Origin: Hydrolagus colliei
Lineage: Eukaryota
Assembly (NCBI GenBank): GCA_035084275.1
Contig: CM068755.1
Location: forward strand, 8,680,001 to 8,744,000
Length of the DNA stretch: 64,000 nucleotides
Direction of reading: 5' to 3'
In this document: piece by piece, positions 1 to 12,604 of the stretch
Layout: each line of letters starts with the position of its first letter
Position numbering within the stretch: the stretch's first letter is position 1
The notes under the pieces: generated by a model
The model's input: the letters and a program-made list of their open reading frames with translations, nothing else
The model's database searches: none
Told to the model about the DNA's origin: nothing
Program-made: the position numbers and the translations under genes

Positions 1-1039
1 GACTTTGTAGGTAACTAAAGATAGAGATTTGGAAACAAATTACATTAATCTTTGATCTTGTTCCTCCTTCAGTTATAAAGCTGGCAAGAATTCATTTCAC
101 ATCTCACCTGTAATCCTGCAACAGGGAATTCTCTGGGTGTTTGTACACAGCTGCATGTTGGTGCCTAAGAGAGAACTATAAAGCTTTTAAACCAAACATC
201 CACCACACTGTTCAGGTGAGTAATTTCAGTCACTGAATTTTGATATAGTGCAATTTTAAAAACATCAGGTTATACTTGAACATTGTGGTATATAAACACA
301 ATTGCATTCATTGGTCATGTATAAGTGAATAGGGATACATTTTCAAAATGGACCAAGTGAGTGCTTAACCCATGGTGACACATTCTCTACTTGGAGCCCA
401 CAGAGTACAGTAATACACAATGAAATATGAAATCCATTAACACTCAATAAAAGCTGCAACCAAGTAGGAAGCGTTTAAGCTATTTTTAAACATTTCCAGG
501 TTGGGAGGGGAAATCATTTATTTGGAGAATTTTTTATAAGCATATTTAATTTATTTGGAGAATAATGTCATATCTCAATACAATATACTGTAATACAAAT
601 TTCCATGTCTTTGATCGTGCAAGATTTTAAAAATCTTAAATTCATTCTTAAATTGGAAGAACCTTTTAAGAACAGCAGAAAACTTACTTTCTTTTTTGCT
701 GGAGTGAGAAGAGAGTGTGGGGTAGTGAATGTTGATTTTCATTTAAGACTTTCTCATTCTTACAACTTACAACTCAGCCTTGGTTTCACTAGCTGCTACC
801 TATTAATATATTGCATACTTTCTCAGTCTCTCTCTGTCAGACCTTTTCTCCTTATGGGTGGGGAGGGGAGAGAGAGAGACCAGCAGTATTGAGCGGCAGA
901 TGGGGGAAGGGATACTTCCCACCAGGCTTCTCTTAACCCTACAGGTGAATTTGCTAATGAGTGAGATGATCCTAACAGGACAAATAGCAGGAAACACTCA
1001 CAATGGTGAGCCATGTGACTTTAGCTTTTTCTTCTTCTC

Positions 1040-2418
1040 GCTTCTGCCCGGTCACCTATGGGGTATCCCAAGGATCCATCCTTTCCCCCCTTCTCTTCCT
1101 CATCTACATGCTCCCTCTCGGTGATGTCATCTGCAGACATGGAGATGTTAACTTCCTACCCAAACCTACTTTTCCACCTCCAGTTGCAACTACCAGGCCC
1201 TTGATGCACTGTCAGCTTGTCTGTCAGACATCAAGAGCTGGATGAGCACAAATTTCCTGCAGTTAAATGTCAACAGGACGGAAGCCATCCACTTTGGCTC
1301 CTGTTGACATCCTCTTGCCCATGGTTCTGATCTCCTCGCTCTACCCAATCTGTCCTTAAAATGCTCCAAACCCGTTCACAACCTAGACATCAGGTTTGAT
1401 TCCCCAGTTATCCTTTCTCCCAACATCAGGTTCCTTACCAGCACCCCTTTCTGCCGTGTCCGTTACATTGCTCCTGTGGCTCAGTGGTTAGAGCACTTGT
1501 CTTGCAAGCTGGGGAAACCAAGCTGGGAAGACCTGTGTTCAAATCCAGGCAGGTCAGGGCGAAACCTTGGGCAAGTTTCCTTACTCCACACTCCTAATAA
1601 TAATCCCTCCAAAAAAACACAATAATAAAATTGGTCATTTCAATCCATGACTGTGTGTGGGACACTGCTGTGCGCAATTGGCTGCCGCGATTCGCCCACA
1701 AATATATACAGTCAATTCACTTTACAGTATATTCTGTGAAGCGCTTTGGGACGTTGATAAGATGTGGAAAGCGCTATATCAAATGCAAGGATTATTATTA
1801 TTATTATTATTGCCTGTCTCCACCAATACCTCACTCCAACATTGGCCGAAACCCTGGTCCATGCCTTTGTCACATTTGTCAGCTTGTCTACGCCAATGCC
1901 TTCCTCGGTGGTCTTCCCTCTACCACATCCACAAAATTCAGTTCATCCAAAACTCAGCTGCTCGCATTCTCACCTGCATCAAACTTTGTACCCCGATTAC
2001 CTTGCCAGACTTCACTGGTTCCCTGTCACAGAGAGGATCAACTTCAAGATCCTCACTCTTGTGTTTAAATCACTGCACTCCTCTGCATCCCCCTACCTCT
2101 CTAACCACCTCTCTCCGCACAGCAGTACCCGCTGCCTCCGCTCTACTGGATCCAGCTTCCTCCTAGACCCTGAATCCTCTGCTCCATCATTGGTGGCTAT
2201 GCTTTCAGCCACTATGCCCTGAAGATTTGGAACTCTCTCACTCAACTTCTTCACCTCGCCCCCTCCCATCTTTAGCTTGCGCCTGAAGATCTTCCGCTTC
2301 AACTGTGCTCTGGTCACCTTCCCCCTCTCCTGGCTCGACCTTGGGCTCCGCCATTGTGAAGCACTCAGAGACACCACCAGGCATTGAGGGCGCTATACAA
2401 ATGCAAGTTGTTGTTGGT
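1040..2418 (+). mobile_element. Degenerate LINE2 (L2 clade) 3' fragment, interrupted by a SINE
   Basis: RT-like remnants ([48 protein letters not shown]) and an L2-type tail gggcgctatacaaatgcaagttgttgtt at ~2388-2416. Frameshifted. Confidence 0.85.
1470..1811 (+). mobile_element. Full-length tRNA-derived SINE nested in the L2 fragment
   Basis: Pol III A box (tggctcagtgg) and B box (gttcaaatcc), family body, tail aagcgctatatcaaatgcaagg(att)n. ATTGC is present at both junctions. Confidence 0.9.
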
Positions 2419-3634
2419 TAGCTGCTTAAACACCAGAAGTTACCTAACACATACTCTGGGGTTCCAAAGGCTTGCGTTCTCTTCAATTAGTTCCTAATAC
2501 TTCTATATTAGGTAAGTAGGGTGTGTCCCTCCAGGGAGGGACAGCCTCCGAAATACAGGAACATGTCCGTTCATAGGTGGCAATGCGCATCTGTAAAACT
2601 CTGTATGATTTGATTATGGTTAAACTTCGTGACTCCGCTGTCTGATAAAGACATTATTCCATCAGCCTATAAGAATCTGATTCATGTTAGGCTACATATC
2701 CACTTTGTGATCTAGGACATGTCCACTCTTGATGTGCGGTCGTGGGTAGTAAATGTCAACAGATGATCCAACTGGAGGGGGTGAGGCAGAAACCCAATCT
2801 TGTCTCCACTCGCTGTGCTCTCATACACTCAATAGAAATCAATTTACTCAGATTGATCTCTCCCCCACTCCCTTGCCCAGGGGTGCCGAGGATCATACAA
2901 GCGCTTCCATGGCCACCCTGAAGTTACTTCCGTAAGTCAGCTAACAGTGGCATTGAAGAGTAAATTTGCTTAAATTCACAAAGCCAGTGCATGTCAAGGC
3001 CAGTCGTGTGTTTCAGTGACTGATCAATGCAAAGTGGCAAAGTACTTTCCCAGCAAGAAATTATCCTGGGAAAGTTACTCCACATTCCACCTTGCTTTTC
3101 TTGAACTCAACCAAAAGAATGAGCAGTATTGCTTAACCTTGACTGAAAGAACTTGAATTTCTGCAAAGTTGAACAATTACAAACGATAAATATAGGAGGA
3201 GGGACACTTCTAGTCATAATGTGAGCAAACTAGAAGTAAAACACCTTAAAAACAAATTCATGTGAGCCAGGTGTAACTATTATTATCTAAGGCTTTCACA
3301 GTTAATCTATGAGAATATTGTATCTGTTTCGGTAGTATTAGTTCTTACTGTTCTTGGGATTTTTTGACAAGCGTTCGTACCTTTCAATTTCCAATCAGGA
3401 ATCCCACAGGGTGAGGAAGGCAAAGAGACAAAATATATTTAAAGTCACGCCTACATAAAACTGGTAATATCACATGCTGTGCAGAGAGAGAGAAAGTAAG
3501 TGACGCACCCAGTATGGAAGACGCTGAATTCGCCTCAATGATTAAGTTTAAACGTATGTACTGGACATTTGTTCCTTATCTACATCTTGCTACTTTAGTA
3601 GAGGTTTTCAGTCCATCGTGTAATTTATGTATGT

Positions 3635-4015
3635 GCAGTCCAAATATATTGGTTGCAGCTCTCGCCTTTCAAGCCAGAGATTCAAGTCCAGGAAATGTTA
3701 TGCAAGTTTCCTTACTCCACACGTCTCTATGTATTAAGTAGTAAGTAGGAATATGGTTGTTGGTGGATTCACGGATCGCTTTTCTGGGAGTAATAAATTA
3801 TTTTACAATTTTTTAAAAAATGTGGTCACTCAATCCATGTTGTTTGTGGGACACTGCGGTCTGATTCATATCAGACACATTCATACAGTGCAATTGGCTG
3901 CTGTATTTAACCCACAAAATGCAGTCAATTCACTTTCTAGCATATTCTGTGAAGCTTTGAGAAGTCTTGAAGACATGGTAAGGCACTATATCAAATGCAA
4001 GGATTATTATTATTT
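3635..4015 (+). mobile_element. Diverged copy of the same tRNA-derived SINE
   Basis: gcaagtttccttactccaca, gtgggacactgc, caattggctg and tatatcaaatgcaaggattattatt are shared with 1470-1811. Confidence 0.8.
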
Positions 4016-5746
4016 ATTTGGACAGTATGGAATATTCTGCCTTGTCAAAATATTCCAGGAAAGACCTATTATTTAAGAAATTTATATTGTAATACAAAGG
4101 GTAAAATAGTAAACAAACAGAAAAAGGAGAACACGGACAGAGAGTAATGCATGTTCTGCTTTGTTAATGTTATTTAATAGTGTCGGTTAATGGTGATCCA
4201 ATTGATTTGGGATATCCTCCCGATGTGTAATTTGCTTTTAAATTGTTGTTAACATTACAATACTAAAGGTGCTCAGCTGGCATCTGCTAAGATTTATCAC
4301 TCGAACATCAGAGGATTTTTGACAAGCGTCATGGGTCACACCGCAATGTCATAAGCACAATGTTTCTCTGGAGTCTGCATTGACAGATGCTCTTTAATAG
4401 AGCATGTCTTGAGACTAATGTGGGGGTGGAGTTTTCGAAGGTGTGTGTGTGTGTGCATGCGCGTGTGTGGTAGGGTGAGTGCAGCTAGGGACAAAGGAGA
4501 AGGCACAGGTTTCCCATTAATTGACAGAGGAGATCTAACCCTCTGGAGAGGGGAGATAGTCTCCATTGTGCATTGGGGAGCACATCTGAGACCAAGAACC
4601 ATTGAGAGATTGGGTATCACAAGAGATACTTCTGCTCCTCATCATCTTTGGGGAAAGCCATTTCTTCTTAATAGTCACAGAAATCCAATTTCCAAATCAA
4701 TTCTGAATTTAAGATTTTTCCCAAATTTTGACAATTTTAATTTTTATGAAAACTCTTTAAGTCTCGGACAATGAGAAATTTCAGAGAACAAGGTGTCTGT
4801 TCAATCTCTCCCCACACACAAGAGCAATGCACCAATAAACTGTGCTATATCTTAAGGTTAATTTACCCTCCATTTACACATTATTAAAATATTAACAGTC
4901 CAGGTTTAGCAGTCATCCTTTAAAACATGTATCAGTTTTGCTGTGTAGAGGCCTCTGCAATATATCACATTCAGTACTTACCATATGCAGCCACTTCGCG
5001 TGTAAATAACTATTACGCTCTGACAATGCGGCTTATTTGATCAAACCAAGGTTGAGGTTTGGTTTGAATCCCTGTGGTCACCTCTTTGTACCAACACACT
5101 GCAGTTAATTTGCAGAATTCAGGAGTTTTGCAATGTTTTCACACCAATGTATTAATGCACGCTTCGCAAATTACACAACAACTGATGTCAACATGGTATT
5201 GTCATCATTCTGGAGGAATTCAACTTAAGGTGACCTTAGAACAAATTCCCCTTTAACTTTTCTTGCCAAAGTTCTCCCATGTGGTCACATTAGTTTTGCC
5301 AAATGAGGGCCATTGCTCTTTTGATTTTCCTTTAGAGCTGTGAACAAAACCAGAAATTGTATATTTAGTGGCTCATCCTTCTTTCTTTGGGAAAAGAGAA
5401 AAGTAATTGCTCCCACCTACTCCATTTCAAAACCATGAGATCTAATTTGCAGTATTTCTTAACAGGATTGCATAACAAGAAAACCCATTGGAATTCAGTG
5501 CGCCTAAAAGAGACATTCTGTGGAAGTAGATGTTCACCCACAAATTCACAGTCACTCCACTTTACAGTATATTCTTTAAATGCTTTGAGATGTCTCAATG
5601 ACGTGATAAGGCATTATATCAAACACAAGCATTATTATTATATATTACTTGAGCAGAGCTCTCTTGGGCCTGCATGCTGTCCTTCCAGTTATCTGAAAGT
5701 AGCCCCTATTTGCACAACTCAACTTAAAGTTTTAAAGGGAACCCAT

Positions 5747-6804
5747 TGTTGGGATATGGAGGTATTAAAAATTAATTATAGTTAGTTCCAATCAGGCACC
5801 AACTAAAACAATCTATCCACAACACAGGCATGGTCAGCAACCTTGAGCAAAAGGGAGAGAAATAACTTGTCTATATAAAACACCAGGTGCATGTTCCCCT
5901 GCACTAAAACAACCTTGGGTACTGGTCCGTGCAATAATCCAAGGGGCGTAATAGCATCAGGAGCTTCTAGGATGAATAAAGAATTGAAGGGGAGCGAGCT
6001 TGAGATATAGATCAGGACAGAAAACTCAATTAACAAAGGCACAAAGGAATGCACTAATGATCTGGTTCACTCGGGAGGATATTGGAGAGTAAAGGTTCAA
6101 TTCATACATGAGGTAGGATAAAAGAAGACCTTATCAATACTAGTCAGCCTGGCACCAAGCCAATGATTAATCAGAACTAATATGTGCAGAACGAGTGTTG
6201 TGGAGGGGCTTTCAGGCTAGAAACAAGGTATAACTAGACACTGCTTTTGAGAAATTGCCAAGTGAGTAGGCAGGAGAGCCCTCTCAAGGTCTGCGAAAAG
6301 AAGGGAGGCGAACAACACCCTACAACTCTGGCCTTTAGATGGTCTGGTTTTGACATAGCTTCTGGACAATGTCCAAGTGATCAACTTGCTAAGTTAGTTA
6401 TGATGAGGCTGGTGGAGAAGTATAAAGATAGGAGTGAAAGAGTAGCTCATTACAACAGTTGGGGAGTGTCTCAGGGTAAACCGAGATCTCCAGCCTGCCA
6501 CTGTTGTCCAGAACTACTAGAACGGGTCATGGTTCCGGTTGTTTTGTTTTACAGGCAGAGAAGGGTCAGTTAGAGAAGGAAAGTTAGAAGGAAAGTTAGA
6601 AGGAGTGAGTATTGTGAGGAGCATGAACCTGATTTATGGTGTAACAACCTGAATCCAGCATTGTATTCTACATAGAACTGGTAGTATGATTATTTACTCT
6701 TTTATTCCATCATTCTAAAATTGCTTGCAATCAATAAATCACTATACCTTTATTAAGGATTGTTGGGTCATTATTTTGAACTCTCGGGATCGGATATCCC
6801 AACA
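5747..6804 (+). mobile_element. Solo LTR (Gypsy- or ERV-type), 1058 bp
   Basis: TG...CA ends with an 11-bp terminal inverted repeat TGTTGGGATAT/ATATCCCAACA. 4-bp TSD CCAT at 5743-5746 and 6805-6808. TATA-like tatataaaa at ~5872 and AATAAA at ~6733. Confidence 0.8.
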
Positions 6805-7424
6805 CCATTGAGAAATGCCTCAAATTGAGACCTTTTCTCACATATTTCAAAATCTAAATTTGCTTTATGGATTCATTTCTATTTTATGTTAGATTTGATT
6901 TTTCCTGTTGCCACAATATAACCTAAGGCAGCTCACTGAGCAAACATTCCATAAAGAAATGCAGTGAACCTGTATCTTTATTTTCATCTCGAAACTTCAA
7001 TCCCCCACACCCCGCTCTCTCCCTCCTTCTCAACTTCATCGATACTGCTGTGGTTGCATGTAATTATCTGATTAGAGATCCTACATCACACACCCATTCC
7101 TTCTTTCTCCATCCTCACTGTGCCTAAATGAGTTGCATCATCCTTACTTTATCTCAGGATCTTAATTTTGAGGAATGCCTCTCCCCCCCCTCCCTCTAGT
7201 GCAGTCTATTCTTCCTCTTACACAATATTACACATAGACAAGTTTAATATTAGTTAACCACAATTTCTTCAATCTTCCTGCAAATCTTCCCACCTCCGCT
7301 TTTCAATTTTGGTATTGACATGCCCTGTTGGTATTAACCCTTTACCTCTGCATTGCATGAAAAACCTAAGACAAGATATGTTCAATGTCTCACAAACAAC
7401 CGTGACTAATTTTATCTGATACCA

Positions 7425-7705
7425 TTGGTCCCTCAGATGAGACATTAAACCCAGGTCTCAACTGCATGTTCAGGTGGATGTTAAAGATCCCCTGACATGA
7501 TTTGAAAACCAAAGTTTGTTCCAATGTTCCTGACCAAAAATTCATCAGATAAAATCAATCATGGCTGTTTGTGGGATATTGCTATTCAAAACATTGGCTG
7601 ACATGTTCACCTCCAATAGCACTCTGCAGTCCAATACTGTGAAGTGCTTTGAAACATCACAAATGAGAATTATGTTTCTATATCAAATGCAGGAATTATT
7701 ATTAA
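7425..7705 (+). mobile_element. Deu-domain SINE (SacSINE1/AmnSINE1-like) remnant
   Basis: gatgagacattaaacccaggtctc..caggtggatgttaaagatccc resembles the Deu central domain and is followed by an L2-like tail. Related copies at ~11750-12130(-), 19960-20250(-), 21540-21778(+), 34470-34800(-), 38840-39200(-), 43000-43390(-), 47230-47495(+). Confidence 0.7.
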
Positions 7706-8380
7706 ATCCCACTTTTATCTGTGTCTAAAATCACCAGCCCGTCCCCTCCCTAAATCATTTTCAAATGTTCAGCTTCCTCACACCGCCAAGTTCTGTAATA
7801 GTTCTGTAACTCTAAGGTAATTTGTCTTATCACATCGTGACTATTAACACCATTATTCAAATTGGTGATGTAATTGGTTCTTCACATCTCAATTTAACGA
7901 CCATATCGTAAAGTCTTTTTGATATGATTTGCAGGAAAAACATCACAGTTCAGAGCGACAAAGAGGGATATATAGGACGAGGATTCGACCCGTTGGTCTA
8001 TCGTGTCTGATCTACCACTTTATCAGCTCATTGCAATGACCCCAGGTAAAGATTGCCAAATGGATGGTTACTAGTGTGCAACTAGAATGAGATTGTGTGT
8101 TTGAGTTGCAAAGGGATTCCCACGTCCTTTGTGATAGATGATCTTGGCAATTTGAAGGTATAAATCAGGTAAACATGGAGGAAGTGGAGGGATACATGGG
8201 AATGACAATGGAAATTCCCATCCAGTTATAATAATAATAATCCTTGCATTTAATATAGCAATACATTTAATATCCTTGCATTTAATATATTTGAATTTAT
8301 ATATGTAAATTTGTATTGTGTATCTCCAGAATGTCGCTGTATCACTAAACACCAGCTATTGTTTGTAAATTGTGTTTTAG

Positions 8381-10731
8381 TGCACGGGGAGCCCTGCTCA
8401 TTTACGTACAATCACTACTGTGTAAACGGAGGCACCTGCTACATTTTAACAGACTCCAAACCATTCTGCTGGTAAGTGAACTTTTGCTTATTGGCACAAA
8501 GTGATTCCAATAGGTTTTGTTTGACGTGAATGCAGAATTTACAATTTCAATTCACTGAAAGTTTAGAATCAGAAATCAGAAATATGAGTGATTTGCATTC
8601 ATATTAGCACTCCATATTTCCCCTAATGTTACAGCATTACAAACCAGCCATTTGTATCATGATGTTTGTATTAATGTCAATGTATGCATCTCCAAAAATG
8701 CCACCTATCTCATCCCCAACAATTCCCTGTTCTTTCTCTGTACCTTTCAATACCATTCTTTGGCATGTGATCATTTAATTCCTTCTTAAATTCCCCCAAT
8801 CAACTCTACTCTAATTGATCTGGCAAATGCTTTTAATTTATAGAATCATAGAATTATACAGCACCGAAGGAGGCCATTCAGCCCATCGTGTCTGTGCCGG
8901 CTCTTGGGAATCCCACTACCCCGCGCTCCTCCCATAGCCCTGCAAACCTGTCCTCCCCAAATAATATTTATTTCTTAAACGTTGTAATAACTATTTATTT
9001 CTTAAAGGTTGATACTGACCCACTCGCCAGTGAAAATAGTTTCTCCTTGTTCACACTATTGAATCCTCTGATAACTTCGAAAACTTCTATTGAGTCTTCT
9101 CTTAAGATCACTGCTCCAAGGAGAATAATCCTAGATTCTCCAGCCTCTCCTGCTTACTGAAGTCCATCATTCCTGATAAACGTCCTGGTAAATCTCCTTT
9201 GCACCTTCCGCGATGCCTTGACATCCTTCCCAAAGTATGGTACTCAGATCTGAACACTGTATTCCAGCTGAGGCTTAACTAGTGTTTTATAAATTCTCTT
9301 GTAAAACAATACAGATGCAGTTAAATATAACTTACAGTGCAATGGTTTACCATGGTCAGGTTGCCTCTGAGACTTTGGCTCCAATATACCTGAGATTGAC
9401 AGGGTTACAGTCTGCTCTTTCTTGTATTTTCTATCAATAATGCAATAGTTATATTTGGGAGATTGGGGAGTATCCATGCAAAACTTACCTTTGGGAGATA
9501 TAGTAGGTGAGGTGTATCCAATTGGACTGAGCTTGTTGAGGAAGCATGGTTAATGAGCCAAATGGTGTTTTACGTTCTCATGTTCCAAACCTCTCCTGAT
9601 CGTTGTGCCGTTGTACAACTCAAATTGAAATGCTCTCATTTTTCACAGGTGTAATCCAGCATTTGCCGGACGTCGATGTGAACTATTCCTGCTTCGTAGT
9701 GAGAAGCCAGATGTGGTTTCGAATTGGCCATTAATATATGTTGTACTGGTGACACTCCTGATAGTGCTTATTATCATTATTTCTGTAACCTGCTTTTGCT
9801 GCAGGTAAGCAAATTTCAAGAAAGGCAGTTATTGCAATGTGTGATTTGTGTAAGTGTTTGCATATATATATATAGCCATACTTGTATTAATGTGTGAGTG
9901 TATATCTTTAGCTCCGCAAAACTTCACATGCCCACCCGTCTGTCTTCAAATGCTGCCTAAAAGCCTACCTCTATGATAACTTTTGCCTGCAAAATACAGT
10001 CAATTCACTTTACCGTATATTTTGTGAAGGGCTTTGAGACATCTCAACGATGTGAGGTGCTATATCAAATGCAAGAATTCTTCTTATTACTTCCCTCCTA
10101 CTTTTCCATATCCTCCTGCTCAGTGCCCAGCACCATGTCTGTAAAGATATTACGTGAAAGAACGCTGTATAATACAAATGGAAATGCAGATTTCTAAGTA
10201 CATATACAATATAGCTCACAGAATATAATCAATTCACTTTACTGTATATTCTGTGACCCGCTTTGATTAGATTCTATACGTGATTAGATGCTATAAATGA
10301 TTAGATGCTATATCAAATGCAAGGATCATTACATGCTTGTGTGTAATATGGTGGATGACATAGCTGGAAATCTGCCTCCAGCCATTGCAATACCCACTTA
10401 TGCATAAACTGGAATGGTCTGATTGAAAACTACCTATTGGAAATCAATCTGCACCATCCTCTCATTTACTGAGCAAATCAATCACTCGAATATCCAGAGC
10501 AAACTTTTCACAGATATCCTGCTCTTTAAAATTATTAAGACGTCCACTGGGGCAGATTTTGCAGCTTTTCAGGGAGTAGGTGTAAAATACCCAATTGCCC
10601 TTTCTCATTCTGTGTCTTATGTTCCCTCACTTTTAAGAAAATGGAGACAGAGGAGAAGGAATCAACAAGATGGAAGCTTATACCACAGCACGATAGTAAG
10701 GACACAGGCAGAAATCCTGCAGATTCCTTGA
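8381..10731 (+). CDS. NRG4: Neuregulin-4 (pro-NRG4): EGF domain, transmembrane segment and short cytoplasmic tail; 5' start exon not located
   Basis: Exons 8381-8471 (tttag|..HGEPCSFTYNHYCVNGGTCYILTDSKPFC|gtaagt), 9649-9804 (cacag|WCNPAFAGRRCELFLLRSEKPDVVSNWPLIYVVLVTLLIVLIIIISVTCFCCR|gtaagc) and probably 10638-10731 (tttaag|KWRQRRRNQQDGSLYHSTIVRTQAEILQIP*). Six-Cys EGF motif with the intron between Cys4 and Cys5, typical of ErbB ligands. Tail-to-tail with FBXO22 as in mammals. The last exon is less certain. Confidence 0.85.
8839..9295 (-). mobile_element. CR1 LINE 3' fragment
   Basis: Minus-strand YKTLVKPQLEYSVQI resembles the CR1 ORF2 C-terminus; the tail reads tagaatcatagaat on the plus strand. 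Confidence 0.8.
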
Positions 10732-12604
10732 TGCCTTCAGACCATTTCAGCTCAACATCAAAAAGACTAAGGCACTCTGGTCATCTCTCTTCAAGGAAAG
10801 AAAGGTCCCAATGCAGATTAAGATTGTGGCCTACAAGACTCTTTTGCCGACAGTTTTCCTTCATGGTTCCAAGCTTCCGGGCATGTGGTGAAGGGGTTTC
10901 CTCTGGCCTATTTATGAACTCCAAGATCAAAAAGTGAGCTAGATTTGTGCTAATCTGGGGAGACAGCTACAGGGAAGGAGGCCTCAGTTTACACAGGAGC
11001 ATCCTGGAGATGGAGTTGGCTTCATAGTGGGCACATCAATTTGCCAAAGCTCCTCGCATGAGGACCTGAATGAAGCAGTCGGTTCTGATTAAGTCTGGAT
11101 AGCAGCTTTGATCTTGGACCCCTGGAGTATTAAGGTAGTTGGATGCAGGAGATATATTGACCAGGAAACTTTACTGTTCTTCAAGCTAACGCCATAGGAC
11201 CTTTAACATACTCCTCAACCACCAGATGCAATTATGGTTTAAGGACTTAATATTAATAATCCTTGCATTTGATATAGATTCTTAGCATGTCTTCAACATG
11301 TGCTAATCTTTTCTATTTATTGTAAAAAGGATTTTATTTACTTATCTAAAGAACAGCATGCATGACAATTCAGTACTGATCTGAAATGTCAGCCTCTCAG
11401 TTTGCTTGACTTTACACCTGACCACGCTGGTCATGTATGTTAGAGCAAATTATGCAAAATCATCAAAAGGGGGTGTTTGTGTATGGAGGAGTGTGTGGGG
11501 GGGGGGGGGGGGGGGGGGTGCGCGGATAGATTCTTCCCCCAGCACTAAATAAACAGAATTTTTAAATATATATTTTTAAAATTATTTCCTGTTTCACTTT
11601 ATTTCTGAATTACAATTCATTCTGGGATCAATATACCAGCAGGAGAAGCAGTCAAGCCTCAATGGCAGATGCTCCTTGATGGGGCTTCAATCACCTGTTT
11701 TCTTACAATAATATGTTTGTTATAGCGTTGTTGACGCCATGACGATATTTCAAAGCATTTTACAGATTAGATACTATGCTCCATCTATACAATGAGTCCT
11801 ATTTTCTTGGCAAAGATAGCAGTCAATTTGCACAGGCAATGTACCGCAAACAGCCACAAAGTGAGTGACCAATTTTATTTTGGGGATTGTTGGCCAGGAC
11901 ACTGGGAGAAACTCCCTAGTCTTTTCAAATGGTACCATGGCATCTTTAACACCCATTTGAACGGGAAGACATAAGCTTATTTTAACATCTCATCGAAACA
12001 ATGGCACCTCCAGCAACGTAACACCCTCCAACACAGCAGTGAAATGGCAACCTATGATACGTGTTCAAAGTCCCGACTTGTGACATGAACTCAAAAACTT
12101 CCGACTCAGGGGTGAGAGACTGACGCACTTTCAGAAGAAGCAAAAAAAAATGGATTGGGGGTTGTTGGGTAGACATTCATTTGTAAACTTTTCCAATACA
12201 AAAAACTGCTTGATTGTTGTCCTGCAGTGTCCCATAATAAACACAAGGCTGTGGAAGAATTAGGTCTCCACAGTGTAAAAACAGAAAGACTGGGTGCACA
12301 TTGTGCGAAATTCAGCTGTATGCTTGAGAAGATGCAAAAAAAGCGATTTCATTTTCACAAATTGAAGTCACTATCATGAGTGATTAATTAGCCCCCTGAG
12401 GCTGTGTAGAACTAGCTCACCTCTTGTTTCCCTAAACAAATGTCCTACTGGATGACACGCCAACATGAGTATCTAAAGCAACACAAGGCGACCAAAGTGC
12501 TGGGCAGTACCATACCTAAAGGTACATTTTGCAACAAGACTCAGCATACCAAAAATGATTTATTTGCAGAAAATACAGGAGATGACAGGGAGAGGCAAAA
12601 TGCA

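Noticed and set aside
1470-1560. tRNA-like sequences (also ~21780, 22765, 32933)
   Set aside because: They are SINE heads continuing into the SINE body and tail, not tRNA genes.
2909-2937. ATG..gtaagt as the NRG4 start exon (MATLKLL)
   Set aside because: The donor is phase 2, but the EGF exon needs phase 1.
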